A stretch of DNA of 63,900 bases, counting the filler, from Nitrospinota bacterium (GTDB taxonomy: Bacteria; JAUXIQ01): assembly GCA_030620925.1 (NCBI GenBank). It is 11 parts of 11 records of this genome, joined end to end, with 100 filler letters (N's around TTAATTAATTAA, not from the genome) between each part and the next. Parts side by side here need not be neighbours in the genome. Positions count along the whole stretch, not along the records: positions 40,644 to 47,888 come from JAUXIQ010000093.1; positions 47,989 to 51,623 come from JAUXIQ010000298.1; 9 more parts are not named here. One strand, 5' to 3'. Numbering within the stretch: position 1 is the stretch's first letter; every line of letters begins with the position of its first letter. Shown one piece after another: positions 40,646 through 50,404 of this stretch. The position numbers and the translations under genes are program-made. The notes under the pieces are model-generated. The model searched no databases and was not told the origin of the DNA. It worked only from the letters and a program-made list of their open reading frames with translations.

Positions 40646-41242
40646 GCTTCGGAATTTATGGCGGTAGCGACCAGCCAAACCGTGATTTCAGGGTTAGAGA
40701 TAGAGGCGGGGTCTCTGGAAGGCTATCTTTTTCCCGAGACGTATTACTTTACCTACGGCACAAGCTCCAGAGAGATAGTAGATACCATGATTGGCGGCCT
40801 GGAGAAGAACTATGAGTCTGCTTTTTACCTGAGAGAAAAAGAGCTTTCCATGAGCAAACATCAAATCCTGACGCTGGCTTCCATAATAGAGGAGGAAGCG
40901 AAAAAAGAAGATGAGCGCTCTCTTATCTCCGGCGTGTTCCATAACAGGCTCAAGCGCGGGATGCTCCTCCAGGCAGACCCCACCATCAGATATGCAATGG
41001 GCGGATTCAAGGGACCAATCGAGGAGGATATGCTGAAGACCCCCTCCCCATACAATACCTATCTTCATGCGGGGTTGCCCCCCGGCCCCATATCAAACCC
41101 CGGCCTGCCCTCCATAAGAGCGGCGCTCTATCCCGCCCCTACCTCCTACCTCTATTTCGTGGCCCTGGAGGACGGCACACATAAATTTTCAAACACTCTG
41201 AAAGAACACAACCGGGCGGTCCACTCACTGCGCGAGAAGTAG
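40646..41242 (+). CDS. mltG: Endolytic transglycosylase MltG (5' truncated)
   Basis: LEGYLFPETY, ASIIEEEA, LQADPT, SPYNTY, GLPPGPISNPG. Confidence 0.95.
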   Translation, partial: ASEFMAVATSQTVISGLEIEAGSLEGYLFPETYYFTYGTSSREIVDTMIGGLEKNYESAFYLREKELSMSKHQILTLASIIEEEAKKEDERSLISGVFHNRLKRGMLLQADPTIRYAMGGFKGPIEEDMLKTPSPYNTYLHAGLPPGPISNPGLPSIRAALYPAPTSYLYFVALEDGTHKFSNTLKEHNRAVHSLREK

Positions 41243-41363
41243 AGAGAGGCTAAATTGCTTATGAAATCGGCTATTTCCTTGTTTTTAACCCGCAACGAAT
41301 GATATATTAAAACAGACAAAAATAGTACGGATGTAAAACCGTTTGTCGACAGAGGAGTCGATT

Positions 41364-42056
41364 TTGGCTTTAGGTATACGCCGTAAGCTTAGAAATACTT
41401 TCATTGCCGGCCTGCTGGTCCTCATACCCACGGCCATAACCATATACGCCTTCTATTTCGTCTTCTCCAAACTGAACAATCTGCTCACCTTGCCCCGGCT
41501 CACGAAGATAGTGAACCTATTCGGCCTGGAGCTCCCCGCCTCTTTCGATATTCCCTTCCTGAGCTTCTTCGCTACCATAATCCTGATCTTCCTGGTGGGC
41601 CTGTTTACGACCAGCTACGTTGGGAAGAAGATAGTAGAATCCCTGGAGAAGGCCCTGGACAAAGTACCCCTGTTCAGGACTATCTATCAGGCATCCAAAA
41701 ACATTATGGAAGCGCTGGCCGACCCGGAGAAGAATTCCTTCAGGCAGGTGGTGCTGCTCGAATACCCCAGGAAGGGTATCTACGCCGTGGGGTTTGTTAC
41801 CAGAGACGCCCCCGCCGGGATAGACGAACTGAATAAAGAGGACCATCTGGTAAACGTATTCGTCCCCACCGCCCCCAACCCCACTTCAGGTTTCCTGGTG
41901 ATACTGCCCAAAAAAGAGCTGTTACCCTTGAATGTGAGCGTAGAGGAAGGGTTTCGACTCATTATATCAGCGGGAACGATTTCACCCGACGATATCCGCG
42001 TTCTATCTTCCGAGATCGGCAAGCCGGAAAGTAGCAGCTCCGAAAAGACTCAATAG
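41364..42056 (+). CDS. DUF502 membrane protein
   Basis: FIAGLLVLIP, EYPRKG, VFVPTAPNPTSGF. Confidence 0.9.
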   Translation: MALGIRRKLRNTFIAGLLVLIPTAITIYAFYFVFSKLNNLLTLPRLTKIVNLFGLELPASFDIPFLSFFATIILIFLVGLFTTSYVGKKIVESLEKALDKVPLFRTIYQASKNIMEALADPEKNSFRQVVLLEYPRKGIYAVGFVTRDAPAGIDELNKEDHLVNVFVPTAPNPTSGFLVILPKKELLPLNVSVEEGFRLIISAGTISPDDIRVLSSEIGKPESSSSEKTQ

Positions 42057-42423
42057 GCTTACCCTGCAAAAGACCCCATACAGCAAAAATCCCGCTTTTT
42101 TCTTTATAGAGCCATGCCTCGAAGGCTCCCGATCGCAATTATTTACCGTTTGATTTCGTGCTCGACGTGAAAAATATCGTTAACGGGTGGTTATTCTTGA
42201 GGACGCGGGAGAGCCCGGCCCGGGTTTGCTTAAAATGGTGCAGCAGAGTTCTCCGAAGCGAGGCGCACGGAAAAAGGTTTTTACCAGAGAAAAATAGCGC
42301 GTTTGAGGGGAATATTGCGCACGATCCTTAAACCAAATGATAATGTTTTACCCCTATACTTTTCTGTATGTTATATTGAATATCAGAGCGGTTTTACGGT
42401 TGTTGCCCATTAATCAAAATGGG

Positions 42424-42855
42424 ATGGGCCACGAGGTGCGCAAAAAATACAGTATAATGGATGTTACAGCCGACATCGGCATAATTACGTCTGCACAAAG
42501 CTTGAAAGAGTTGTATGAGAACGCCGCGTTTGCTCTTTTCGATATCATGTGCGACGGGGGAGAGGTGAGACGGGAGGTTGAGGCGGAGGTTATTGTGGAG
42601 GGGGATGATGCCCCGTCAACGATGGTAAACTGGCTTAACGAGCTGCTATTTATTTTTGAGACGCGCTCCCTGCTCATGGTGGACTTTAAGGTTTTCAGCG
42701 CAGACTCCGCCCAGGTTAAGGCAAGGGTCGGTGGCGAAGAGTTTGACCCTTCGAGACACAAGGTGGCCAGGCATGTGAAAGCAGTAACCTACCATCGCCT
42801 CAAGGTTATGCAGACGGAAGGGGGTTGGGAGGCGGAAATACTTTTAGACATATAG
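42424..42855 (+). CDS. Archease
   Basis: DVTADIGI, WLNELLF, VKAVTYH, terminal LDI. Confidence 0.9.
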   Translation: MGHEVRKKYSIMDVTADIGIITSAQSLKELYENAAFALFDIMCDGGEVRREVEAEVIVEGDDAPSTMVNWLNELLFIFETRSLLMVDFKVFSADSAQVKARVGGEEFDPSRHKVARHVKAVTYHRLKVMQTEGGWEAEILLDI

Positions 42856-42889
42856 CTATACATTGCCATGGTTTCAGGGAGGTTCAGGC

Positions 42890-43693
42890 ATGGGAAGAAA
42901 ACCGGCAGTAGCTGACGCCTTTTACCTCGCTTCTTCCGACCTGTTGAAGACCCAGGTGAGCGGGTTGGTGGAGGAAAACCTGGAGAAGGATGAAGTGGTG
43001 GGAATAGTTTCACCGCACGCGGGGTTCGTCTATTCAGGGAATGTAGCGGGCGCCGTCTATTCAAGGATAACCCTCCCGGAAACCGTAATCCTCCTGGGGC
43101 CCAATCATACCGGATACGGCCCTGCCGTATCCATCATGGCGGAGGGAAGCTGGGAAATGCCCTTAGGGGAGGTAGAGGTGGATTCGGCCACCGCCCGCAG
43201 GCTGCTCGAGCGGTCATCAGCCTTCGATGAAGACCAATCGGCGCATACGTCAGAACATTCTCTGGAGGTGCAGATTCCCTTCATCCAGCATTTCACGTCG
43301 GAATTTAAGATCGTCCCCATTATCTTTATGCACATGTCTCTGGAGCGTTGCGAGGAGTTGGGCCTGGCTCTGGCCGGGGTCATAAAAGGAGGGGACAAGA
43401 AGGTCCTTTTGGTAGGCAGCACTGATATGACCCACTTCGAGCCGCATGAGACGGCTGTGGAGAAAGACAGGATGGCCATCGACTGCATCCTGGCGCTAGA
43501 CCACAGGGGCCTCTACGAGACGGTTATCGGGGAGGGCATCACCATGTGCGGTGTAATACCCACGACGGTCATGCTGGCAGCCTGTAAGGAACTGGGGGCG
43601 TCTGAGGCGCACCTGGTGAAATATCAGACTTCAGGAGACGTCAGCGGAGACTTTGACAGCGTGGTGGGCTACGCCGGTGTATTGGTAAGCTGA
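42890..43693 (+). CDS. amrB: AmmeMemoRadiSam system protein B (MEMO1 family)
   Basis: RKPAVA..FY, PHAG, GPNH, EHSLE, STDMTH, MCG, VVGYAG. Confidence 0.93.
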   Translation: MGRKPAVADAFYLASSDLLKTQVSGLVEENLEKDEVVGIVSPHAGFVYSGNVAGAVYSRITLPETVILLGPNHTGYGPAVSIMAEGSWEMPLGEVEVDSATARRLLERSSAFDEDQSAHTSEHSLEVQIPFIQHFTSEFKIVPIIFMHMSLERCEELGLALAGVIKGGDKKVLLVGSTDMTHFEPHETAVEKDRMAIDCILALDHRGLYETVIGEGITMCGVIPTTVMLAACKELGASEAHLVKYQTSGDVSGDFDSVVGYAGVLVS

Positions 43694-43727
43694 AAACCCG
43701 GGCGGTTTTGCAGTTTATGATAGGGGG

Positions 43728-44747
43728 GTGAGTGCCTTGAAAGAGGCCATGCTTTACGAAAAAATGGGGGAAGGAAACGTTCGCTGCAACCTGTGTTCCC
43801 ACAGGTGCCTCATTCATGAGGGTGAAACGGGAATATGCGGGGTGCGGGAAAATACTGACGGCGCCCTCTATACCCATGTTTACGGTAAGGCCATCTCCAC
43901 CAACATAGACCCCATCGAGAAGAAGCCCCTCTTCCATTTCTATCCCGGAACCCCGATACTCTCCATAGCCACCGTGGGCTGCAACTTCAAGTGTATGCAC
44001 TGCCAGAATTTTGACATATCGCAGATATCCAGGGATAAAAAATCGATCATCGGACGGGATTTGATCCCCCGGCAGGCGGTGGCCCTGGCTGAGGATAATG
44101 GCTGCACAAGTATATCTTACACCTACACCGAGCCCACCATCTTCTTCGAGTATGCATACGAGACCGCAAGCCTGGCGCACCGGAAGGGAATGAAGAACGT
44201 CTTCGTCACCAACGGGTATATGACGGAGGAAGCACTGGATACCATCGAGCCTTACCTGGACGCGGCCAACGTGGATTTAAAAGGTTTCAGCGAAAAGTTC
44301 TATAAGACGGTCTGCGGAGGCAGGCTGGAACCCGTGCTGGACACCCTGAGGCGTATGGTGGCCAGGGGCATCTGGGTGGAGGTGACCACGCTGGTAATCC
44401 CCTACTATAACGATTCTCCCCGGGAGCTCCGCTCAATAGCGGAGTTTATTCATGATGAGCTGGGGGCTTCGGTCCCCTGGCATATAAGCCGGTTCCACCC
44501 AGCGTATAAGCTGACTGAGAGCGTCAGGACGCCGGTTGAGACGATAAGCGAGGCGCGCCGGATGGGGTTGGAGACGGGGCTCGAGTATGTCTATACTGGA
44601 AACGTGCCCGGCGACGAGGGCGAGAACACCTTCTGTCCCTCCTGCGGGCAGGTGGTCATAGGGCGTTACGGCTATCACGTGCAGAAGTATAATATAGAAA
44701 ATTCATGTTGCAATAAATGCGGGGCGTCAATAGCCGGCGAGTTCTAG
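43728..44747 (+). CDS. amrS: AmmeMemoRadiSam system radical SAM enzyme
   Basis: CNLC..C...C, DPIEKKPLFHF, GCNFKCMHCQN, TYTEP, RFHP, C-terminal CPSC/CNKC. Confidence 0.94.
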   Translation: MSALKEAMLYEKMGEGNVRCNLCSHRCLIHEGETGICGVRENTDGALYTHVYGKAISTNIDPIEKKPLFHFYPGTPILSIATVGCNFKCMHCQNFDISQISRDKKSIIGRDLIPRQAVALAEDNGCTSISYTYTEPTIFFEYAYETASLAHRKGMKNVFVTNGYMTEEALDTIEPYLDAANVDLKGFSEKFYKTVCGGRLEPVLDTLRRMVARGIWVEVTTLVIPYYNDSPRELRSIAEFIHDELGASVPWHISRFHPAYKLTESVRTPVETISEARRMGLETGLEYVYTGNVPGDEGENTFCPSCGQVVIGRYGYHVQKYNIENSCCNKCGASIAGEF

Positions 44748-44795
44748 GGGGATTGTCTCTATAAAACCAGGAACAACATTTTACGGGGGCGTTCT

Positions 44796-45449
44796 ATGGA
44801 ATACATAAGGACGGGAAATCTGGTAAAAGGTTTTTTCTCGGGGAAGAGGGATATCGTTGTCCCTTTGATTATCAGCGTGGTGGTGCATGGGCTGATAATA
44901 TATTTTATCGTCGCCGGTGGCCCGAATGTCCCCGGGCAGAACGGTAAGCTTTACGCTGGTAAAAAATTGACCATGGCCGAAGATTTCGTGGTGGGTCAAT
45001 CCAACCTGCTGTTGGGGAGACTCTCAGATAGGCTGTCTAAAATCCGAAATTCTTCCAAGGGCGATGCAGCCCTGGAATGGTCGCTGGACAGCATGCCGGT
45101 CAAAATAACTTCCGCTTCCAAGGTCGCGGGACTCAAGTTGGTGAAGATCAAGCTGGCAAAGCTGGGAAAGAAAAACGGCGAAGATAGCTACGACGTAAAC
45201 ATGAGGGTTTATACTACTTCTGGGAGAGTTTTCGACGATATACTTCTGCTTTCCCACATGGTGGGAGACGCGACGCTGCACAGCAAATTCACGACGGATA
45301 AATTGGTCATCTACGTGAAGGATAAGAAGACCTCCGGCGCTGCCCGGTTCAGCGTATCCACCAGGGAAGCCAGGAGGTTTTACCTTAGAAGAATTACCCC
45401 CAACGAATTCCTTATAGACGCCGCCGTTCAAGAGGTAAATGACTGGTAA
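44796..45449 (+). CDS. Hypothetical protein with N-terminal membrane anchor
   Basis: 217-aa co-oriented ORF in the operon; one TM helix. Confidence 0.65.
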   Translation: MEYIRTGNLVKGFFSGKRDIVVPLIISVVVHGLIIYFIVAGGPNVPGQNGKLYAGKKLTMAEDFVVGQSNLLLGRLSDRLSKIRNSSKGDAALEWSLDSMPVKITSASKVAGLKLVKIKLAKLGKKNGEDSYDVNMRVYTTSGRVFDDILLLSHMVGDATLHSKFTTDKLVIYVKDKKTSGAARFSVSTREARRFYLRRITPNEFLIDAAVQEVNDW

Positions 45450-45479
45450 ATACTGTTAAAAAATAGTGGAGGCCGAACA

Positions 45480-46688
45480 GTGAGTGAATGGAACCAGGGG
45501 CTGAGAGAGGAGATAAAATCCAGGGCCGGGAGTCTCACCGACAAGGTGACGGAGATCAGGCGCGACTTTCACCGGAACCCCGAGCGCTCGAAGCGCGAGG
45601 AGCGCACGTCGGACATCGTGGCTCAACATCTGGAGTCGCTGGGCATAGAAGTCAAACGCTGCACCGGCAATTACGGCGTCATAGGCACCCTGAGGTGTGC
45701 TTCTGATGGAAAGACGGTGGGCCTGAGGGCGGATATGGACGCCCTGAAGCTTCAAGAAGAGACGGGCCTGCCTTTCGCCTCACAGGTGGACGGCGTCATG
45801 CATGCCTGCGGGCACGACGCCCACACCGCGATGCTCATGGGCGTGGCCAAGACGCTGGTATCCGTTAAGGACAAGCTGAAGGGCAACGTCAGGTTCCTCT
45901 TCCAGCCTTCGGAAGAGGCGTTTCCCGGGGGCGCCCTGGGGATGATCGAGGAGGGGGCCATGGAGGACCCTCATGTGGATGCGGTATTTGCCTGGCATGT
46001 CATGTCCAACCTGCCTCAGGGTCAGGTCGGCCTGCGCACGGGGCAGATCATCGGGGGCGTCACGGCGGTGAATATACACGTCAAAGGTGTGGGGGGGCAT
46101 TTCTCCTCCCCTCATCTGGCGGTGGACCCCATCGTCATAGCCGCCAACGTATTGGTGGCCCTGCAATCGGTCATGACCAGACAGGTGGACCCCATGGAAT
46201 CCGCCGTTCTAACCTTCGGCACCATCTCCGGCGGCACCAGGGACAACGTTATCGGGCAGGAGGTCATCATCAGGGGTAACCTGGGGGCGATGAACGACCA
46301 GCTTCGCTATCAACTATCGGAGGGAATAGAGGGATGCGCCAGGAGCGTGGCCGAGAGCATGGGAGGTTCGGCGGAAGTAAAGCTCTGGCATGGTTACCCC
46401 ACAACAGAAAACGAAGCCGGGATGACCGAGTTTACACACCGGATTATGCTCGAGGAACTGGGTGAAGAAAGCGTGGTGGAAATGGACCGGGTGCTGGGCG
46501 GGGAGGATTTCTCCTACTTCCTGCAAAAAGCTCCGGGCGCCCTCCTTCGGCTGGGTGTATGGGATATGGATAAACACTCCGAACCCACGCACCACCATCA
46601 CCCGGAATTCGATCTGGATGAGAGGGCCCTCCCAATGGGTGTGGACCTGCTGGCGCAGGTGGCGGCCAGATATTTGCTCGTCGATTGA
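45480..46688 (+). CDS. M20D amidohydrolase
   Basis: RRDFHRNPE, LRADMDAL, MHACGHDAH, FQPSEE, GEDF, HHP. Confidence 0.93.
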   Translation: MSEWNQGLREEIKSRAGSLTDKVTEIRRDFHRNPERSKREERTSDIVAQHLESLGIEVKRCTGNYGVIGTLRCASDGKTVGLRADMDALKLQEETGLPFASQVDGVMHACGHDAHTAMLMGVAKTLVSVKDKLKGNVRFLFQPSEEAFPGGALGMIEEGAMEDPHVDAVFAWHVMSNLPQGQVGLRTGQIIGGVTAVNIHVKGVGGHFSSPHLAVDPIVIAANVLVALQSVMTRQVDPMESAVLTFGTISGGTRDNVIGQEVIIRGNLGAMNDQLRYQLSEGIEGCARSVAESMGGSAEVKLWHGYPTTENEAGMTEFTHRIMLEELGEESVVEMDRVLGGEDFSYFLQKAPGALLRLGVWDMDKHSEPTHHHHPEFDLDERALPMGVDLLAQVAARYLLVD

Positions 46689-46723
46689 GGGCCGTTGCAT
46701 GAAAGATACCACGGCCTTTTTAC

Positions 46724-46753
46724 TTGACACAATTTTAAGCACTTGATTATATT
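46724..46753 (+). promoter_or_regulatory. Sigma70-type promoter for tatA-relA
   Basis: TTGACA-18 nt-TATATT, preceded by a terminator-like GGCCGT/ACGGCC-TTTTT. Confidence 0.5.
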
Positions 46754-46837
46754 GAGTAAAATAAGGAAAAACAAGGGTTCTTGGGCCGTTGAGGAAGTGG
46801 TTCTTCAGCGTTTCGCCAATTTTCGGAGACGTGAAAA

Positions 46838-47065
46838 TTGTTTGGCGGAAATGAGTTAGTTTTAATAATAGTCGCGGGGCTTCTTATTTTCGGGATCAAA
46901 AACGCTCCCCGAATCGGTTCCAGTTTGGGCAAGAGCATACAGAGTTTCAAACGGGCGTCGAAGGGCGCGGACGAAATAGATATTACTCCTATTGCCTCCG
47001 GCAAAGAGGAAGACGAGAAGGGAAGGGAACAGGAAACCGGCGATGCCGGCGGTGGGCAGGAATAG
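46838..47065 (+). CDS. tatA: Twin-arginine translocase TatA
   Basis: ELVLII..LLIFG...P.IG.SLGKSIQSFK. Confidence 0.88.
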   Translation: MFGGNELVLIIVAGLLIFGIKNAPRIGSSLGKSIQSFKRASKGADEIDITPIASGKEEDEKGREQETGDAGGGQE

Positions 47066-47888
47066 ATGATACACCTGGAAGACATCATTGATAAAGTCGA
47101 ATCCTATTATCCCCAGGCAGATGTAGACAGCATCTGGAACGCCTACATGGTCTGCGCCAAGGCTCATCGCGGGCAGATGCGCAAGTCGGGGAGCGCCTAT
47201 CTATCTCATCCTCTGGAAGTAGCCTACATTCTGGCCCAACTCAGGATGGACCCCACCACCGTAGCCGCCGGCCTGCTCCACGACATAATAGAAGACACCT
47301 CCATGAAGACCGAGGAGCTTCGTGAGTATTTCGGCGAAGAAGTAACGCAGCTCGTGGATGGAGTCACCAAGTTGACGAAGATGGACTTCAGCAGCAACGA
47401 AGAGCAGCAGGCGGAGAATTTCAGAAAGATGATTTTAGCCATGGCCAAGGATATCAGGGTCATCATCATCAAGCTGGCCGACAGGCTCCACAACATGCGC
47501 ACTCTTGATCACCTTCCCGAGCATAAATGGCGGCGGATAGCCGGGGAGACGCTGGACATCTACGCTCCCCTGGCCAACCGGTTGGGAATAGGCTGGATAA
47601 AGTATGAGCTGGAAGATGCCGCTTTCAAACATCTCTGGTCTGAGGAATACCAGGAGATAAAGAGAAAGGTTTCGGCAAAACTGGAAGAGCGAAATGCGTA
47701 TGTAAGTAAAATCACCGAAATAGTCTCCAAGGAAATGGAGAACTCAAATATTAAAGGCCATATCGCAGGTAGATCAAAGCACTTTTACAGTATATTCGAA
47801 AAGATGAAGCGCCAGGATATAAGCTTCGAGGAAGTTTACGATCTTGTGGGTATCCGCGTCATCGCTTTTGCAATGCCCGACTGCTATA
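47066..47888 (+). CDS. relA: RelA/SpoT (p)ppGpp synthetase/hydrolase (3' truncated)
   Basis: H.GQ.RKSG, HPLEV, LHDIIED (intact HD), KLADRLHNMRT, GR.KH.YSI. Confidence 0.95.
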
Positions 47889-47988
47889 NNNNNNNNNNNN
47901 NNNNNNNNNNNNNNNNNNNNNNNNNNNNNNNNTTAATTAATTAANNNNNNNNNNNNNNNNNNNNNNNNNNNNNNNNNNNNNNNNNNNN

Positions 47989-48120
47989 GCCGTATTGAGC
48001 GGCTTGCTAGAGATACGTTTCCAGCACCGGCCGCTCCCGGCCCGGTGGACGGCGGCCACGACCAGCTTGCCGGTTTTAAGGACCGTGAGGCTGTGTTCTT
48101 GGCAGAACTGATAGAACAAC
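47989..48120 (-). pseudogene. Degraded fragment of an FAD-dependent oxidase (LhgO-like)
   Basis: FYQFCQEHSL...TGKLVVA, then a frameshift to ERPVLETYL*QAAQYG with an in-frame TAG; no N-terminus. Confidence 0.45.
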
Positions 48121-48326
48121 TCGTTTTCTCATCCTGATTTTTTAAGGGATAACAGTGTAGATACACTCTATTCTGTCCTGGGTATTAATCGCAGATGAAT
48201 TCAACGACTACAATAGCAAAATCTAGTTATGATGTTAACAAGATAATTCTTTGGGAAGGTCGATAGAAATATTTGCACTCCGTCGTAACCTGGCAGTTAC
48301 TCTATATGGTGGTTGGTCGGAAATGA

Positions 48327-48941
48327 TTAAAAGTTTCGATTTCTTGCCTGACTATTTGGTTTGGTGAGGGGCATGGCTATTATTTCCCTCACCTTGAGAT
48401 CGAAGAAGCTGTTCATGCTGGCGGACTTGATGACAACTGAAGAGTCCGCCCCACTCCCCGTCCCGGCGATGGCGATAACATCTCTGTCCACCGGTATGAG
48501 GCCGGCATCCGCGGCCATGATGCTTATCTCTATGCCCGCCTTGATACCCTGGGAGAACCTTCGCAGCGTCACGGCGATGGTCTCCAGCATGTCTATCCCT
48601 ATCCACTGCAATATGAAAGAACCGGAGACGGAACTCAGGGCGTGAGTACCCATGTGTACCCTTACCCCCTTTTTTTCCAACTCATCACGCACCTCGTCCG
48701 TCAGCGCCTGTTCGCCGGGTTTGTAGAACCCGGCATGATTTGCAATCACGATAAGCCGGCCGCTGTATCCGCTCTCCCTGGCCATGGCAATGAGCATCTT
48801 CGCCGTTTTCCCTCTCCCCGATGCGACGACTATATGGTCTATGCCCAGCTCTTCCGCCCTCTCCAGAGACGCTTTCAGAGTCGTCTCGGTATTAACGGGC
48901 CCGGGCTTCTCGAAATAGATTATCTTCGATTGCGTGTGCAT
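48327..48941 (-). CDS. Pyruvate kinase C-terminal alpha/beta domain protein (MTH1675/COG1751-like)
   Basis: YFEKPGPVNT, VVAS.RG.TA, MAADAG, AIAGTG.GAD. Confidence 0.85.
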   Translation of the reverse strand: MHTQSKIIYFEKPGPVNTETTLKASLERAEELGIDHIVVASGRGKTAKMLIAMARESGYSGRLIVIANHAGFYKPGEQALTDEVRDELEKKGVRVHMGTHALSSVSGSFILQWIGIDMLETIAVTLRRFSQGIKAGIEISIMAADAGLIPVDRDVIAIAGTGSGADSSVVIKSASMNSFFDLKVREIIAMPLTKPNSQARNRNF

Positions 48942-48952
48942 TTTCCCCTTTC

Positions 48953-50374
48953 CTACTTCTCCTCCTTCTCGATTATGCTCTCGTCTATTCCTTCCACCTC
49001 GAGCTGAAGTTCTTTTATTTTGGTGACTATGGCTACGTTGAAATTTTCCAGGTCGATATATTTTCGCGCCACGCGCAGGAGGTCCTCCCTGGCGAGCCCC
49101 TTTATCTCCTCGATGTCTTTGAGATAATAATTGTCGGGCAAACCGTAAAATTCCTGATTTATTATCAACCCCGCCACATCGCCGTAAGTCTCCATGCTCC
49201 TGGCCAGGCTCCCCTCGTAGTAGCTCTTGGCCTCAGCCAGCTCCTGTTCGGTGACAAGATTCTCTCTCATACCCCGCATGACCTCCAGCATGAGGTTCAT
49301 TGCCTGCGACGTGGAAGCGGTCTTTGTCTGCAGGGAAAAAAGATAGTAGCCCCTGAAAATGCTCCCCGGAACCGCATAAGAATATACCGAGTATGCCAGC
49401 CCCTCTTCCGACCTGATACGCTTGAGCAATCGAGAAACGAAGCCGCCGCCGCCCATAATGTAGTTCATAACTCTTAACGCGTTATAATCCGGATTGGTCC
49501 TCCTGAGAGATAACATCCCCAGGTTCACATAGGATTGGTTGACATCCATATCGATGAGGCGCACCTTCTTTATAATCTCATCCCGCGGGGGCGAAAGCTT
49601 GAGGGGCGGCGAAGAGCTGCCCTTCCAACCGCCGAAATACCGCTCTACCATACCCCGCATCTCCTTCCTGGACATATCCGCCACCATAACCAGTATGCTG
49701 TTGCCGGGGATATAATAGCTGCGGTAAAATTCCAGGATGTCCTCTCTGGTTATGTTTGGAACAGTATCCTCGTAACCCTCCACCGGCCTGCGCATGGCAT
49801 GGTCGTGATAGACCATATCAATTATCGCGTCGCGGACGAGGCTTCTAGGGGAGTCTTTCTTTTGTGCGAATCCCGAAAGGACCTGTTTCCTCTCCCGCTC
49901 CAGCTCCTCTTCCCTGAACGCCGGGTCTTTCAGCACTTCGGTGAGGATGCTGAACCCCTCCTCTACGTCTTTGCGGAGGGTTGAAAGGCTTATGGTGGTG
50001 CCGCTCTTGCCGGGCGACACCGAAAGCGAGGCTCCGATTAAATCCAGGCTTTCAGCTATCTCCAGAGCGGTTTTACCGGAGGTTCCATTATCCAGCAGGC
50101 CGGCCGTGAGATTACCCAACCCCGCTTTATTTTCCGGTTCATAGAGAGAACCTGTCTTTACCATTACCTGCACGTGAACCAGGGGCAGCTTATGCTTCTC
50201 CACCACTACTACCGTCAGCCCGTTAGGTAAGACGAATCTCTCTTTGGGCAGGGCGTAGGGGCCGGGTGAATTCGCTTCTACCCCCTCCATCATCACCAGC
50301 AAAGAGCCGGCGAAGAAAACCGCGGCAACTGAGAGTAGGGTTTTCAAATAACCCCGAGTGTATCTTTTGAGCAT
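48953..50374 (-). CDS. M16 family peptidase, non-catalytic subunit (HXXEH replaced)
   Basis: Signal peptide, LPNGL, NLTAG at the HXXEH position, GGGGFVSRL..IR...GLAY. Confidence 0.88.
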   Translation of the reverse strand: MLKRYTRGYLKTLLSVAAVFFAGSLLVMMEGVEANSPGPYALPKERFVLPNGLTVVVVEKHKLPLVHVQVMVKTGSLYEPENKAGLGNLTAGLLDNGTSGKTALEIAESLDLIGASLSVSPGKSGTTISLSTLRKDVEEGFSILTEVLKDPAFREEELERERKQVLSGFAQKKDSPRSLVRDAIIDMVYHDHAMRRPVEGYEDTVPNITREDILEFYRSYYIPGNSILVMVADMSRKEMRGMVERYFGGWKGSSSPPLKLSPPRDEIIKKVRLIDMDVNQSYVNLGMLSLRRTNPDYNALRVMNYIMGGGGFVSRLLKRIRSEEGLAYSVYSYAVPGSIFRGYYLFSLQTKTASTSQAMNLMLEVMRGMRENLVTEQELAEAKSYYEGSLARSMETYGDVAGLIINQEFYGLPDNYYLKDIEEIKGLAREDLLRVARKYIDLENFNVAIVTKIKELQLEVEGIDESIIEKEEK

Positions 50375-50404
50375 TTTCGTTCCTTTACACCATCCGTGTT
50401 AAGT

